Source: Roseiflexaceae bacterium (GTDB taxonomy: Bacteria > Chloroflexota > Chloroflexia > Chloroflexales > Roseiflexaceae). Taken from it: a DNA stretch of 61,759 nucleotides. Location: assembly GCA_014381165.1 (NCBI GenBank), contig JACMIM010000574.1, positions 1 through 61,759 on the forward strand, given 5' to 3'. Positions 28,345 to 36,331 of the stretch are shown here, one piece after another. The position numbers were made by a program, and so were the translations under genes. The notes below the pieces were generated by a model, which saw only the letters and a list, made by a program, of their open reading frames with translations, was not told the origin of the DNA and made no database searches. Position 1 is the first letter of the stretch. Each line of letters starts with the position of its first letter.

Positions 28345-29283
28345 CTACCGTCCAGAATGGCTGGTGATAATTGAAAGCAGCAGCTCGCGCTGTTGGGCGC
28401 GGCGCTCACGGTTGGCACTGCTGGCGGCGGTCTTCGACTCCAGCACATCCAAGCAAACCTGCACAAAGCGCGTGTCGTGGCGGGCCGGCGTGTAGCCCTG
28501 CTGTGCGGAAACGCGGGCGATCATGATGCTGGCGCGCAGCGTCGGGGTCTGGTCGTAGCACTGCGCGTCGCGGAAATCGCGCACAATGTCGGCGACATTG
28601 GCAGCCTGCTCGACAGCCATTCCGGACTGAGTGGCGACAATCTCGATCTCGGTTGCACGGTCGTAGTAATCGAGGTCGATTGTCACCAGCCGGTCGCTCA
28701 ACGCATCCTGTGCGGCATGAACACCGGCGTACTCTTGTGGGTTACTGGTGAAGATCACGCGAAACTCGGGGTGAACCTTTATGTATGATTCCTGCTGACC
28801 GCCACGGGGCAGCACCAGCACGCCTTCTTCGAGTACCGTCAGCAGCACATTGTTCGCTTCGGGCCGCGAGCGCGTGAATTCGTCATAGACCAGCGTAAAG
28901 CCTTGGCGGCAGGCTACGGTCAGGCGGTTATCTACCCAGCGTTGCACCGCATCTTCTTCGTATTTGAGTACCGAATGGATGAAGCGATCCTCCACGCGGC
29001 GGTAGCGGTAGCCATTCTGACCACCAACTAAATCGGAAGTCGACAGTTCTTCGTCGCCAACCATGAGCATCACTGGGCGCTCTAGTCGCGCGGCGACATG
29101 CATGGCGAGGGTCGTTTTGCCGGTGCCAGCCGGGCCACGAAAATGCATTGGGTAGCCAGCTTGAAGATAGGCCATTGCCCGCTCGGCCAGCGCCTGCACG
29201 GCGGAGGTTTCAACAAACGTAGCACTCGGGCGAATGGCTAACACGGTGCGTGGCTCAGCGCTGCGTGGAAGTGCGGTCGTCAT
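28345..29283 (-). CDS. gvpN: Gas vesicle protein GvpN (AAA+ MoxR/CbbQ-like ATPase)
   Basis: The Walker A is FRGPAGTGKTTLAMHVA and the Walker B region is LVYDEFTRS. The ATG overlaps the upstream stop (ATGA). Confidence 0.85.
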   Translation of the reverse strand: MTTALPRSAEPRTVLAIRPSATFVETSAVQALAERAMAYLQAGYPMHFRGPAGTGKTTLAMHVAARLERPVMLMVGDEELSTSDLVGGQNGYRYRRVEDRFIHSVLKYEEDAVQRWVDNRLTVACRQGFTLVYDEFTRSRPEANNVLLTVLEEGVLVLPRGGQQESYIKVHPEFRVIFTSNPQEYAGVHAAQDALSDRLVTIDLDYYDRATEIEIVATQSGMAVEQAANVADIVRDFRDAQCYDQTPTLRASIMIARVSAQQGYTPARHDTRFVQVCLDVLESKTAASSANRERRAQQRELLLSIITSHSGR

Positions 29284-30416
29284 CGGGCTTCCTTGCTGCC
29301 ATCGCCCCGCGCCTGGCGGCGGCGTGCGGGCGCGGGCGTCTGTGGTGCAGGAACGTGCGGCGCAACAGGCTCAACCAAGCTTCGCCCGACACTGGCTATA
29401 GCGCTCAGTAATTGTGCTACGTCGGCGTAGAGCGCCGCGATATACGTACCATCGGGGTGGTGCGGAGCGGGTCGTGTGTCCACCACTGCTGATAGCTCGG
29501 TCGCCAGTGCGCCGACGTTGTGCTGTAAATCTTCCACACAGCTGAACATAGTTTGGCGTTGCTCGTCATCCAGCGTCGATTGCACAGCGGAAAGCATGTT
29601 GAGAAAGGGTTCGACGTTGCGGCGAATCCCCGCCACGTAAGCACTGAGATGCTCGCGCTGCTCAACGCCGAGCGCTGTGCCCTCGGTATCAAGTGCCTTG
29701 AGAATGGCAACCCGCGCGAGTTTGGCATAGGCGTAGATACCGGCCTGGTTGAAGCTTTGCGTTTCGATGATCTCAGCCGGTTGAGCAGGCGGCGCACTGG
29801 TGTCGGGCAGCACAGGCACAATCAACGGCAGATCGTGCAGCACTGCACCTGCGTCGGCAGGTGTGGCGAATGCTGGACGATACAGTGCTGGCAACCCGGC
29901 GCGCGTTTCGGCCAGCCACGCGCTTGTTTGTTGCGCCAGGCTTGACCGCACCGCATCCAGCTGCTGGCGCTGTGCTATGGCACGGGCATCCAGGGCCACG
30001 CCGAGATCGGCGAGCTGTGCGGCGGTTGCTTGGCGCAGTGCATCCACGGCGCTGCTGCGCTGCTGGTGCTGGTCATTGGCTTGGGCGCTGCGCTGAGTGG
30101 CAAATAGTTGCAGCAGGCGGGCAGTTGCGCACCGCTGTTGTTCGGCGGCAGCGTACCGAGCAGCACGCTGTTCGGTGGCGTCGAGCTGCCGCGCATCACG
30201 TAATACAATCATCTGCTCAGCGACATGCCGCGCAAGGTCGGCGCGTGCTACCGCGCGCACCGCACTGGCCACCTGAGCTTGCATTGTTCGGCGCGTAGCG
30301 ACCTCGGCCAGCATGTGTGCTGTCGCCGCGTAGGACGTATCGAGCGCTACAGTTCGCGCGCTGCGTTGGTTCACGATCTGCGCTTGCAGTGCCCGCCAGT
30401 CATCGGTGTAAGCCAT
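29280..30416 (-). CDS. Ala/Gln/Arg-rich hypothetical protein occupying the gvpC position
   Basis: It lies between gvpA and gvpN and is translationally coupled to gvpN. The N-terminal ~190 aa are helical and low in complexity (AQ/AR-rich). ATG 30416 is preceded by AGGGA. Confidence 0.55.
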   Translation of the reverse strand: MAYTDDWRALQAQIVNQRSARTVALDTSYAATAHMLAEVATRRTMQAQVASAVRAVARADLARHVAEQMIVLRDARQLDATEQRAARYAAAEQQRCATARLLQLFATQRSAQANDQHQQRSSAVDALRQATAAQLADLGVALDARAIAQRQQLDAVRSSLAQQTSAWLAETRAGLPALYRPAFATPADAGAVLHDLPLIVPVLPDTSAPPAQPAEIIETQSFNQAGIYAYAKLARVAILKALDTEGTALGVEQREHLSAYVAGIRRNVEPFLNMLSAVQSTLDDEQRQTMFSCVEDLQHNVGALATELSAVVDTRPAPHHPDGTYIAALYADVAQLLSAIASVGRSLVEPVAPHVPAPQTPAPARRRQARGDGSKEAR

Positions 30417-30510
30417 ATTATTTCCCTGTGTACAAAAGGAGCGAAATTTCTTTTGCTCCATCTATTCACGCATACTTGAACGGTTTGTTCACGTTCACTC
30501 GACAGGTGAT

Positions 30511-30556
30511 GAGAGGGACGGTTCAGCAAGCGAAACACTTGCTGAACGCCCCTCTC
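30511..30556 (-). terminator. Strong hairpin immediately downstream of gvpA (candidate partial terminator/attenuator)
   Basis: The sequence is GAGAGGG-ACG-GTTCAGCAAG-CGAAACA-CTTGCTGAAC-GC-CCCTCTC. It lies 29 nt after the gvpA stop. No clear U-tract follows. Confidence 0.4.
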
Positions 30557-30584
30557 AATCGCGCACGCTTGGATTCAGTCGAAT

Positions 30585-30800
30585 CTAGGCAGGCGAAACG
30601 GAAGCCGTGGTGAGGCCGATCGCCTCAGCGTACTTTAGGTAGGTATCCACGCCTGCGATGACAACCCGTGCCTCAATCGCCAGCAACTCGATTCCAACCA
30701 GCGAAACGCGTACCCAGGCATCAATAACCAATCCTTTGTCGAGGATGCGGTCCACAACCTCGGCGAGGCTGCTCGATGCGTTCACTTTCTCAACGGCCAT
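30585..30800 (-). CDS. gvpA: Major gas vesicle structural protein GvpA
   Basis: [55 protein letters not shown] is near-canonical GvpA. An AAGGAG SD sequence lies 8 nt upstream. Confidence 0.9.
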   Translation of the reverse strand: MAVEKVNASSSLAEVVDRILDKGLVIDAWVRVSLVGIELLAIEARVVIAGVDTYLKYAEAIGLTTASVSPA

Positions 30801-30889
30801 GGTAGTATGCTCCTTGTAGTGGGCCGAAATACTCCGACATCGCCATCATACACGGTACCTGGTGCAGGCGGCGTGTGGCTTACGCGAAT

Positions 30890-30907
30890 GTTGCGTTGGG
30901 GTTGCGT
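30890..30907 (-). promoter_or_regulatory. Direct repeat GTTGCGT-N4-GTTGCGT (11-bp period) in the gvpA upstream region
   Basis: It lies 90-107 nt upstream of the gvpA ATG. The spacing fits a tandem winged-helix (OmpR-type) binding site. The gene immediately upstream encodes an OmpR-type regulator. Confidence 0.3.
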
Positions 30908-31000
30908 GTGTGTGGTACTACAGATTCATGTAACACATTGCGCGGGGTTACTTTCGCCGTTCTTGATGACCTTTGGGAACCCGCCGCAAGCCGCCGGATG

Positions 31001-31723
31001 TTAGTCCGTGCGCAGTGTCACAAGCATATATCCATGCCGCGGAACGGTGCGGATGTACACCGGCGCATCGGGAGCAGGTGCGAGCTTGGCGCGCAAATTG
31101 CGGATGTGCCAGCGCACCAAGCTCGGGTCGGTGACCTCTGGCGCATAGCCCCAAACGTGGGTGAGCAAGTGAGCGCTGGAAAAAACCTTGTCGGGGTTTG
31201 CCATCATGAAGCGCAACAGATCGAACTCAGCTGGTGTTAACGCGATCGACTTCTGGTCGATCTGCACCGTGCGAGTGTCGAGATCGAGCGCCAATGCGCC
31301 AACCACAAGGGCTGCGTGGGGTGGATTCAGCTTGGCGGGCGGCGCGGGCACCACCCGTTCACGGCGCAGCAACGCCCGCACTCGTGCTTTCAATTCGCGC
31401 AGGTCGAACGGCTTGGCGAGATAATCGTCGCCGCCTTCCTCCAACCCAGAGATTCGATCTTCGACCGCACTTTGCATGGAAAGAAACAGTACAGGCACTG
31501 CTGCCAAACCCGGATCGCGCCGGATCTGCCGGCAGAAGGCCATTCCGTCCATCTCCGGCATGGCGACATCAAGAATCACAAGGTCGGGACGATGGGCGCG
31601 CGCCAACCTGAGACCCACTGCACCATTGGCAGCGGTGCTAACCTCATACCCTTCGTCTTGGAGGCTGTAGCGAACAGCCCAGATTAAATCGGGTTCATCG
31701 TCGACGACAAGAATATGTGGCAT
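31001..31723 (-). CDS. OmpR-family response regulator
   Basis: The receiver has ILVVDDEPD and LVILDVAMPEMDG. The winged-helix output has LTPAEFDLLRFMMANPDKVFS...VRWHIRNLRAKL...IRTVPRHGY. Confidence 0.85.
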   Translation of the reverse strand: MPHILVVDDEPDLIWAVRYSLQDEGYEVSTAANGAVGLRLARAHRPDLVILDVAMPEMDGMAFCRQIRRDPGLAAVPVLFLSMQSAVEDRISGLEEGGDDYLAKPFDLRELKARVRALLRRERVVPAPPAKLNPPHAALVVGALALDLDTRTVQIDQKSIALTPAEFDLLRFMMANPDKVFSSAHLLTHVWGYAPEVTDPSLVRWHIRNLRAKLAPAPDAPVYIRTVPRHGYMLVTLRTD

Positions 31724-31735
31724 GTGGGCAATCCC

Positions 31736-32149
31736 CTAGATCAGGTGTACCATGCTATGGTTGGTGTTACGGGCGGCAGTCTGGCCTGCAATCGCTCGCA
31801 TTTCGCGCAGATTAAATGGCTTGGGTAGGAAGATGGTCAGTCGGCCTTCTTGAAGACCAGCAGCGGCCAGTTCGTCCTCACCGTGGCGGCTACCGGAGAT
31901 CAGCACAATCGCTGTTTCAGGGCGGCGCTGGCGTATCTGCGCGGCCACGTCAATGCCGCGCGCATCAGGCAACAGTGAATCGACGAATACCAGCGCGTGG
32001 TGAGTTTCATGCCACAAACGTAATGCTTCCAGGCCCAAACCTGTTGTGGTTACGGCATAGCCCAATGGCCGCAGCACGCTTTCGAAAAGCCAGCAGATAG
32101 CTGGTTCGTCGTCCACTACGAGAATACTCAGGGGTTGTTCAGGCATCAC
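31736..32149 (-). CDS. Single-domain (CheY-like) response regulator
   Basis: ILVVDDEPA, ALVFVDSLLPDARG (phospho-Asp present) and FLPKPF are present. Confidence 0.8.
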   Translation of the reverse strand: MMPEQPLSILVVDDEPAICWLFESVLRPLGYAVTTTGLGLEALRLWHETHHALVFVDSLLPDARGIDVAAQIRQRRPETAIVLISGSRHGEDELAAAGLQEGRLTIFLPKPFNLREMRAIAGQTAARNTNHSMVHLI

Positions 32150-33638
32150 GGTCTCTTAGTGTTGCAGGCAGTAGCAGCGTAAAGCTACTACCCTGCCCAA
32201 CCTGACTTTCAACCGTCAATACGCCATGATGCTGCTGCACAATGCTGTAGCACAGCGAAAGCCCTAGCCCTATCCCCTTGCCAATCGGGCGCGTGGTAAA
32301 GAACGGGTCGAAGACGCGCGCCAGATGCTCGGGCGCGATACCACACCCGCTGTCGATGACGCGCACCCGCACCTGCCCCACCCCACTATGATCCAATGCC
32401 AGTGTCAACGCGCCACCGTCGGGCATCGCCTCGCAGGCATTCAGCACAAGATTAACGAACACCTGCTGCAACAATGCGGTATTGCCCAACACCAGCGGCA
32501 GATCAGGCGCGGCACTGATGGTCAGATTGATCTGCTGCGCGAGAAGACGGTGACGCAGCAATAACAGCGCCGCGTCGAGCACCTGGCCGAGTTCGACTGC
32601 CGCCATCTGCTCGTACTGCGGGCTGGCAAACGTGAGTAAGTTCTCGATGATTTGCGCGGCGCGGCGGGTCGCAGTGTAGATCCGCTCGGCACATTCGCTT
32701 CGTAGCACTGGGTCGTCACTTGCCTCATCGAGCAACTGGACGCACGCCGAAATAATGCCTAGTGGGTTGCGTAGCTCGTGAGCGACCCCGCCCGCCATCA
32801 CGCCCAACGAAGCCATTTTTGCCGATTGGATGAGCTGCGCCTCCATCCGGCGGCGCTCGGTTAGATCGCGCCCCAGTGCAACGATCCCGACCACGCGCCC
32901 AGCTTCGTCGTGCATTGGCGAGCAGCTCCAGGCGATCGGTACACACCGCCCATCGGCAGTTAGGAGACTGGCTTCGGCGTGGCGCACTGCATCCTGGCTG
33001 CGTGGATCGGCAGCACAGCCCGCCAGCAGGTGCGCCAACGCCAAGCGACTAGCGTCGTCGCACATGGCGGTCAATGTGCGGCCATGCGCCTGCACTGCAC
33101 TGATGCCACACACACATTCCGCCGCGTGGTTCCAGGTGACAATCTGCCCACCGGGGTCAAGCGAGATCACCAGATCATTCGCACACTCGACTACTCGCGC
33201 CAGGCGCTGCTCGACCTGGCGTGCTTCGGCCTGAAACTGCTCTTGCGCCGTGATATCATCCATGAAAAGCAGCACGTATGGTGCGCCATCGTCGCCCTGA
33301 AGAGGAATGAGCCGATAGTAATAGATACGCTGAGGCAAGCCGGGAGCGCGGTAGGTCAGCTTGCCACCTTCGTGCGGCTGCCCGTCGTGAAGCAGGGCGC
33401 GCACTTTACCGGCCAGCTGCGTGTAGGTAATCAGCACTTTTGGAAACACCTGATCGAGTGTTCGCCCCAGTGTTGTCTCAGCAGTTCGGCGCGATTTCTG
33501 ATAGAAATTGCGGTTAGCGGCGACAACACGCTCCTGCTGGTTGATAACAAGCAGCGAGCTAGGGATCTGCTCCAAGATGCGTGCGGCAAACATTTCTGTG
33601 TGCGCTCGCTGACTAAGCGCAAAAGATGATCTGCTCAC
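32139..33638 (-). CDS. PAS-domain sensor histidine kinase
   Basis: Two PAS-like segments are present. The H box is GGVAHELRNPLG, the N box is NLVLNACEAM, and the G boxes are DSGCGI and GIGLGLS. GTG 33638 is preceded by GGGAG. The track start 33839 would overlap the upstream gene. Confidence 0.8.
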   Translation of the reverse strand: MSRSSFALSQRAHTEMFAARILEQIPSSLLVINQQERVVAANRNFYQKSRRTAETTLGRTLDQVFPKVLITYTQLAGKVRALLHDGQPHEGGKLTYRAPGLPQRIYYYRLIPLQGDDGAPYVLLFMDDITAQEQFQAEARQVEQRLARVVECANDLVISLDPGGQIVTWNHAAECVCGISAVQAHGRTLTAMCDDASRLALAHLLAGCAADPRSQDAVRHAEASLLTADGRCVPIAWSCSPMHDEAGRVVGIVALGRDLTERRRMEAQLIQSAKMASLGVMAGGVAHELRNPLGIISACVQLLDEASDDPVLRSECAERIYTATRRAAQIIENLLTFASPQYEQMAAVELGQVLDAALLLLRHRLLAQQINLTISAAPDLPLVLGNTALLQQVFVNLVLNACEAMPDGGALTLALDHSGVGQVRVRVIDSGCGIAPEHLARVFDPFFTTRPIGKGIGLGLSLCYSIVQQHHGVLTVESQVGQGSSFTLLLPATLRDRDA

Positions 33639-33670
33639 AGCTAACTCCCGCCATGCCAAAAGGCACCTAT

Positions 33671-34237
33671 CTATGCGTTGTCCTGCGCCGCTTGCTGACG
33701 CGGGCTGGTCCACGGCACATCTGGTAGACCGGCGCGGGCATTGGCGGCGCGTGCCAGCACAAAGCAAAGGTCGGATAACCGGTTGAGATACACCAGCACC
33801 TGCGAATTGACCGTTTCCTCGCGCGCGAGTGCAACACACCAGCGCTCGGCGCGGCGGCAGACGGTGCGGGCGAGGTGTAAATGCGCGGCGCTCAGGCTGC
33901 CGCCCGGCAAAATGAACTGGCGCAGTGGCTCTAGCTCGTGCTCCAGCATATCGATCGCCGTTTCCAGCGTCGATATCTCGGCCTCACCGACACGCGGAAT
34001 GTTGGCCGCCTCGCCAGGTGTCGCGAGATCGGCACCGACCACAAACAGCTGATCCTGAATCTGTGCCACCAGCGCATCAAGCCCAGCCTCCAGGCCACTG
34101 GCACGGGCTACACCAAGCACTGCGTTGGCTTCATCCACCGCACCATATGCTTGCACGCGCAAGGCATCTTTTCCGACGCGCTGCCCACCCCACAAACCAG
34201 TCTCCCCCAGATCGCCAGTTTTTGTGTAGATTTTCAT
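33671..34237 (-). CDS. PduO-type ATP:cob(I)alamin adenosyltransferase
   Basis: MKIYTKTGDLGETGLWGGQRVGKDALRVQAYGAVDEANA and FILPGGS...AHLHLARTVCRRAER are family signatures. Confidence 0.8.
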   Translation of the reverse strand: MKIYTKTGDLGETGLWGGQRVGKDALRVQAYGAVDEANAVLGVARASGLEAGLDALVAQIQDQLFVVGADLATPGEAANIPRVGEAEISTLETAIDMLEHELEPLRQFILPGGSLSAAHLHLARTVCRRAERWCVALAREETVNSQVLVYLNRLSDLCFVLARAANARAGLPDVPWTSPRQQAAQDNA

Positions 34238-34281
34238 CAGGTTTCCTTACACTAGCACGCATACGCAGCGTGGCTTATAGA

Positions 34282-34476
34282 GCATCCCTGCCGGAGTCGT
34301 AAAAAGGGGAGGTGGTTTTTTCGGGGCTGCGCCCCAAACCCCCGCTTTGCGCGCACGCGCATGGTTACACCTCAACTATAGCATCCCTGCCGGAGTCGTA
34401 AAAAGGGGAGGTGGTTTTTTCGGGGCTGCGCCCCAAACCCCGCTTTGCGCGCACGCGCATGGTTACACCTCAACTA
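34282..34476. repeat. Two tandem ~97-bp copies (99-bp period) of a GC-rich structured element
   Basis: Copy 1 is 34282-34378 and copy 2 is 34381-34476. They are identical except for one C in a C-run. Each contains the GGGGC-TGC-GCCCC and GCGCG-CA-CGCGC stems. Confidence 0.85.
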
Positions 34477-35158
34477 GGAATGCTATAGACAGGAGATCAT
34501 CGGCAGGTGCGCCGTCGATAAGTTGCCGCATGGCCAATTCAAGCACCTGCCCTTCCGCTAGGCAGCCGAGCGCCAGCAACTCGTGGCCCCAATCGGCCAA
34601 CAGCAGTGTTTGTGCGCCGTTGACAAGCTGTGTCACAGGGGCAAATTCGCCAAGCGATCGGCGTATGGTGTCCAATCCCACTGCAACCATTGCCGCGCGG
34701 GCCAGCAGCGCATCGGGCAGGCCCGCCGCCGCCAGCAGCCGCCCGTCGCGCCCGACCAGCGCAAGGCCTGATAGCGCGGGGCAGTCTAGCAGCAGCGCGG
34801 CCACATATTGCGCCGTAGGTCGTGCGGGCAGTGCCAAACCAATGTCCTCGCGATCGTCGCGTCGCCGCGCCGCCTCGAGGATCAGCCCTTCCCACTCGGC
34901 AGCCATTGTCAGGTCGTCGGGCAGCCGGTCAAGCTGCTCGAGCTGAAATTGCCCGCTTTCCCAGCCGACCAGTGAGTAGACTGCTTCCTCGCCGTTCTGC
35001 TGATCACAGTGCGCGCCGACAATCAGCCCCTCAAGGATGTCAATATGCGCCGCGCTCGCACCGCGCCACGCGCTGAGGCGGGCGGAACGACGCTCCTGGC
35101 AGATGGCTTGAAGGAGACTGGCCGCGCTGATCAGTGCAAAGTTACCAGTAAAAAGCAT
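34463..35158 (-). CDS. DUF4388-like N-terminal domain plus roadblock/LC7-like C-terminal domain protein
   Basis: GNFALISAASLLQAICQERRSARL...GEEAVYSLVGWESGQFQLEQ is DUF4388-like. The C-terminal LSGLALVGRDGRLLAAAG is roadblock-like. A GGAGGA SD sequence is present. Confidence 0.55.
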   Translation of the reverse strand: MLFTGNFALISAASLLQAICQERRSARLSAWRGASAAHIDILEGLIVGAHCDQQNGEEAVYSLVGWESGQFQLEQLDRLPDDLTMAAEWEGLILEAARRRDDREDIGLALPARPTAQYVAALLLDCPALSGLALVGRDGRLLAAAGLPDALLARAAMVAVGLDTIRRSLGEFAPVTQLVNGAQTLLLADWGHELLALGCLAEGQVLELAMRQLIDGAPADDLLSIAFLVEV

Positions 35159-35176
35159 AGCATCCTCCGCGTGCGG

Positions 35177-35755
35177 CTAGGCGTGCTGGCGAACCCGTGC
35201 AACCACGGTGTTCATGGCCGCTTTAAGCGTATCGAATACTCCCACGCCCCGTGTCGCCGAAGCTTCGAAACATTGACGGTTGGCAAAAGGACGGCGCAGG
35301 AGTTCGGTCGGAACGACATGCGGCAGGTCGCGCTTGTTGAACTGCACAATGATTGGAAATGTTCGCACATCGTGGCCCAACTCGACAAGGTGCTGCTCCA
35401 TGGTAAACCACGATTCCTGGTTTTCCGCCATGCGCCCGGCTTGAGAATCAGCCACAAAAACGATGCCATCCGTCCCTTGTAGAATAAGGCGTCGGCTGGC
35501 TGCGTAATACACTTGGCCAGGCACGGTGTAAAGCTTAAATTTAGGCTTCAAATTATTAATCTTGCCCATTTCAAGTTGCAAAAAATCAAATAAAAGTGTA
35601 CGCTCCTGCTGCGTTTTAAGCGAAATCAGCCGTCCGCGCATATGCGCGGGCGTTTTTGCGTGGATGTATTGCAGGTTGGTTGTCTTGCCGCTGAGTGCCG
35701 GTCCATAGTACACAATCTTCAGGTTCAGCTCACCTAATGCCCAATTGACAAACAT
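35177..35755 (-). CDS. mglA: MglA-like Ras-superfamily small GTPase
   Basis: NLKIVYYGPALSGKTTNLQYIH (P-loop), LYTVPGQVYY, GIVFVADSQ and QFNKRDLP are nearly collinear with MglA. Confidence 0.85.
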   Translation of the reverse strand: MFVNWALGELNLKIVYYGPALSGKTTNLQYIHAKTPAHMRGRLISLKTQQERTLLFDFLQLEMGKINNLKPKFKLYTVPGQVYYAASRRLILQGTDGIVFVADSQAGRMAENQESWFTMEQHLVELGHDVRTFPIIVQFNKRDLPHVVPTELLRRPFANRQCFEASATRGVGVFDTLKAAMNTVVARVRQHA

Positions 35756-35764
35756 AGCATACCT

Positions 35765-36244
35765 CTACCAGATAGTATTGAGCTGTGCAGAGAACTGGGT
35801 TTCAAAATCCTCGCTGACCGCTGGTGGCGGTGGGATCATCACGATATCGATCAGAACCTTGGCAATACGGACTGTGGTTTCTTTGATCGCCATGCGCGAC
35901 CAGCCTATCGGCACCTCGCGCGCGGTGACAATCAACAGCAGGAGGCCCTCGCCCACGCGCGACATCAGGACGGTGTGTTCGTCATGCTCCTGGATGATCA
36001 GGTTACATGTGCGTTTGCCGCCGATCAGGCGCGCGATTTCAAGTGTTGCCAGCAGCTCGCCAGCGGCCAGCGCGGCAATGCTCGAAACATCGAAGTTGCC
36101 CTGTGCGCTCCACGATGCGATCTCCTGTCCGCTCAAATCGGCGAGCAGCCCATACCGCACATCTACTTCACGGCCAATCCATTTCAAGCAGGTTTGCAGC
36201 TCGTTAAGCTGATCGACCGAAAGCGTGAGTTGCGAGTGGCGCAT
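35765..36244 (-). CDS. Roadblock/LC7 (MglB-like) protein
   Basis: It is of Roadblock size with the matching pattern (VRYGLLADLSGQEIASW...IIQEHDEHTVLMSRVGEGLLLLIV). ATG 36244 is preceded by AGAGGA. It lies directly upstream of the GTPase gene. Confidence 0.65.
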   Translation of the reverse strand: MRHSQLTLSVDQLNELQTCLKWIGREVDVRYGLLADLSGQEIASWSAQGNFDVSSIAALAAGELLATLEIARLIGGKRTCNLIIQEHDEHTVLMSRVGEGLLLLIVTAREVPIGWSRMAIKETTVRIAKVLIDIVMIPPPPAVSEDFETQFSAQLNTIW

Positions 36245-36331
36245 AGGGCGATCCTCTTTTTGGTGGACAAAGTGACCAACGACAAACGGCGGCAAGCAAA
36301 GCACGAAAACGTAGCTCGCTCGTGTGTCGTA

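Noticed and set aside
34238-34480. A cobalamin riboswitch upstream of the adenosyltransferase gene
   Set aside because: I could not find a B12-box-like sequence or the expected multi-stem core. The element is an exact tandem duplicate with promoter- and terminator-like features, and a related motif occurs at 47.1 kb. A covariance-model scan would settle the question.
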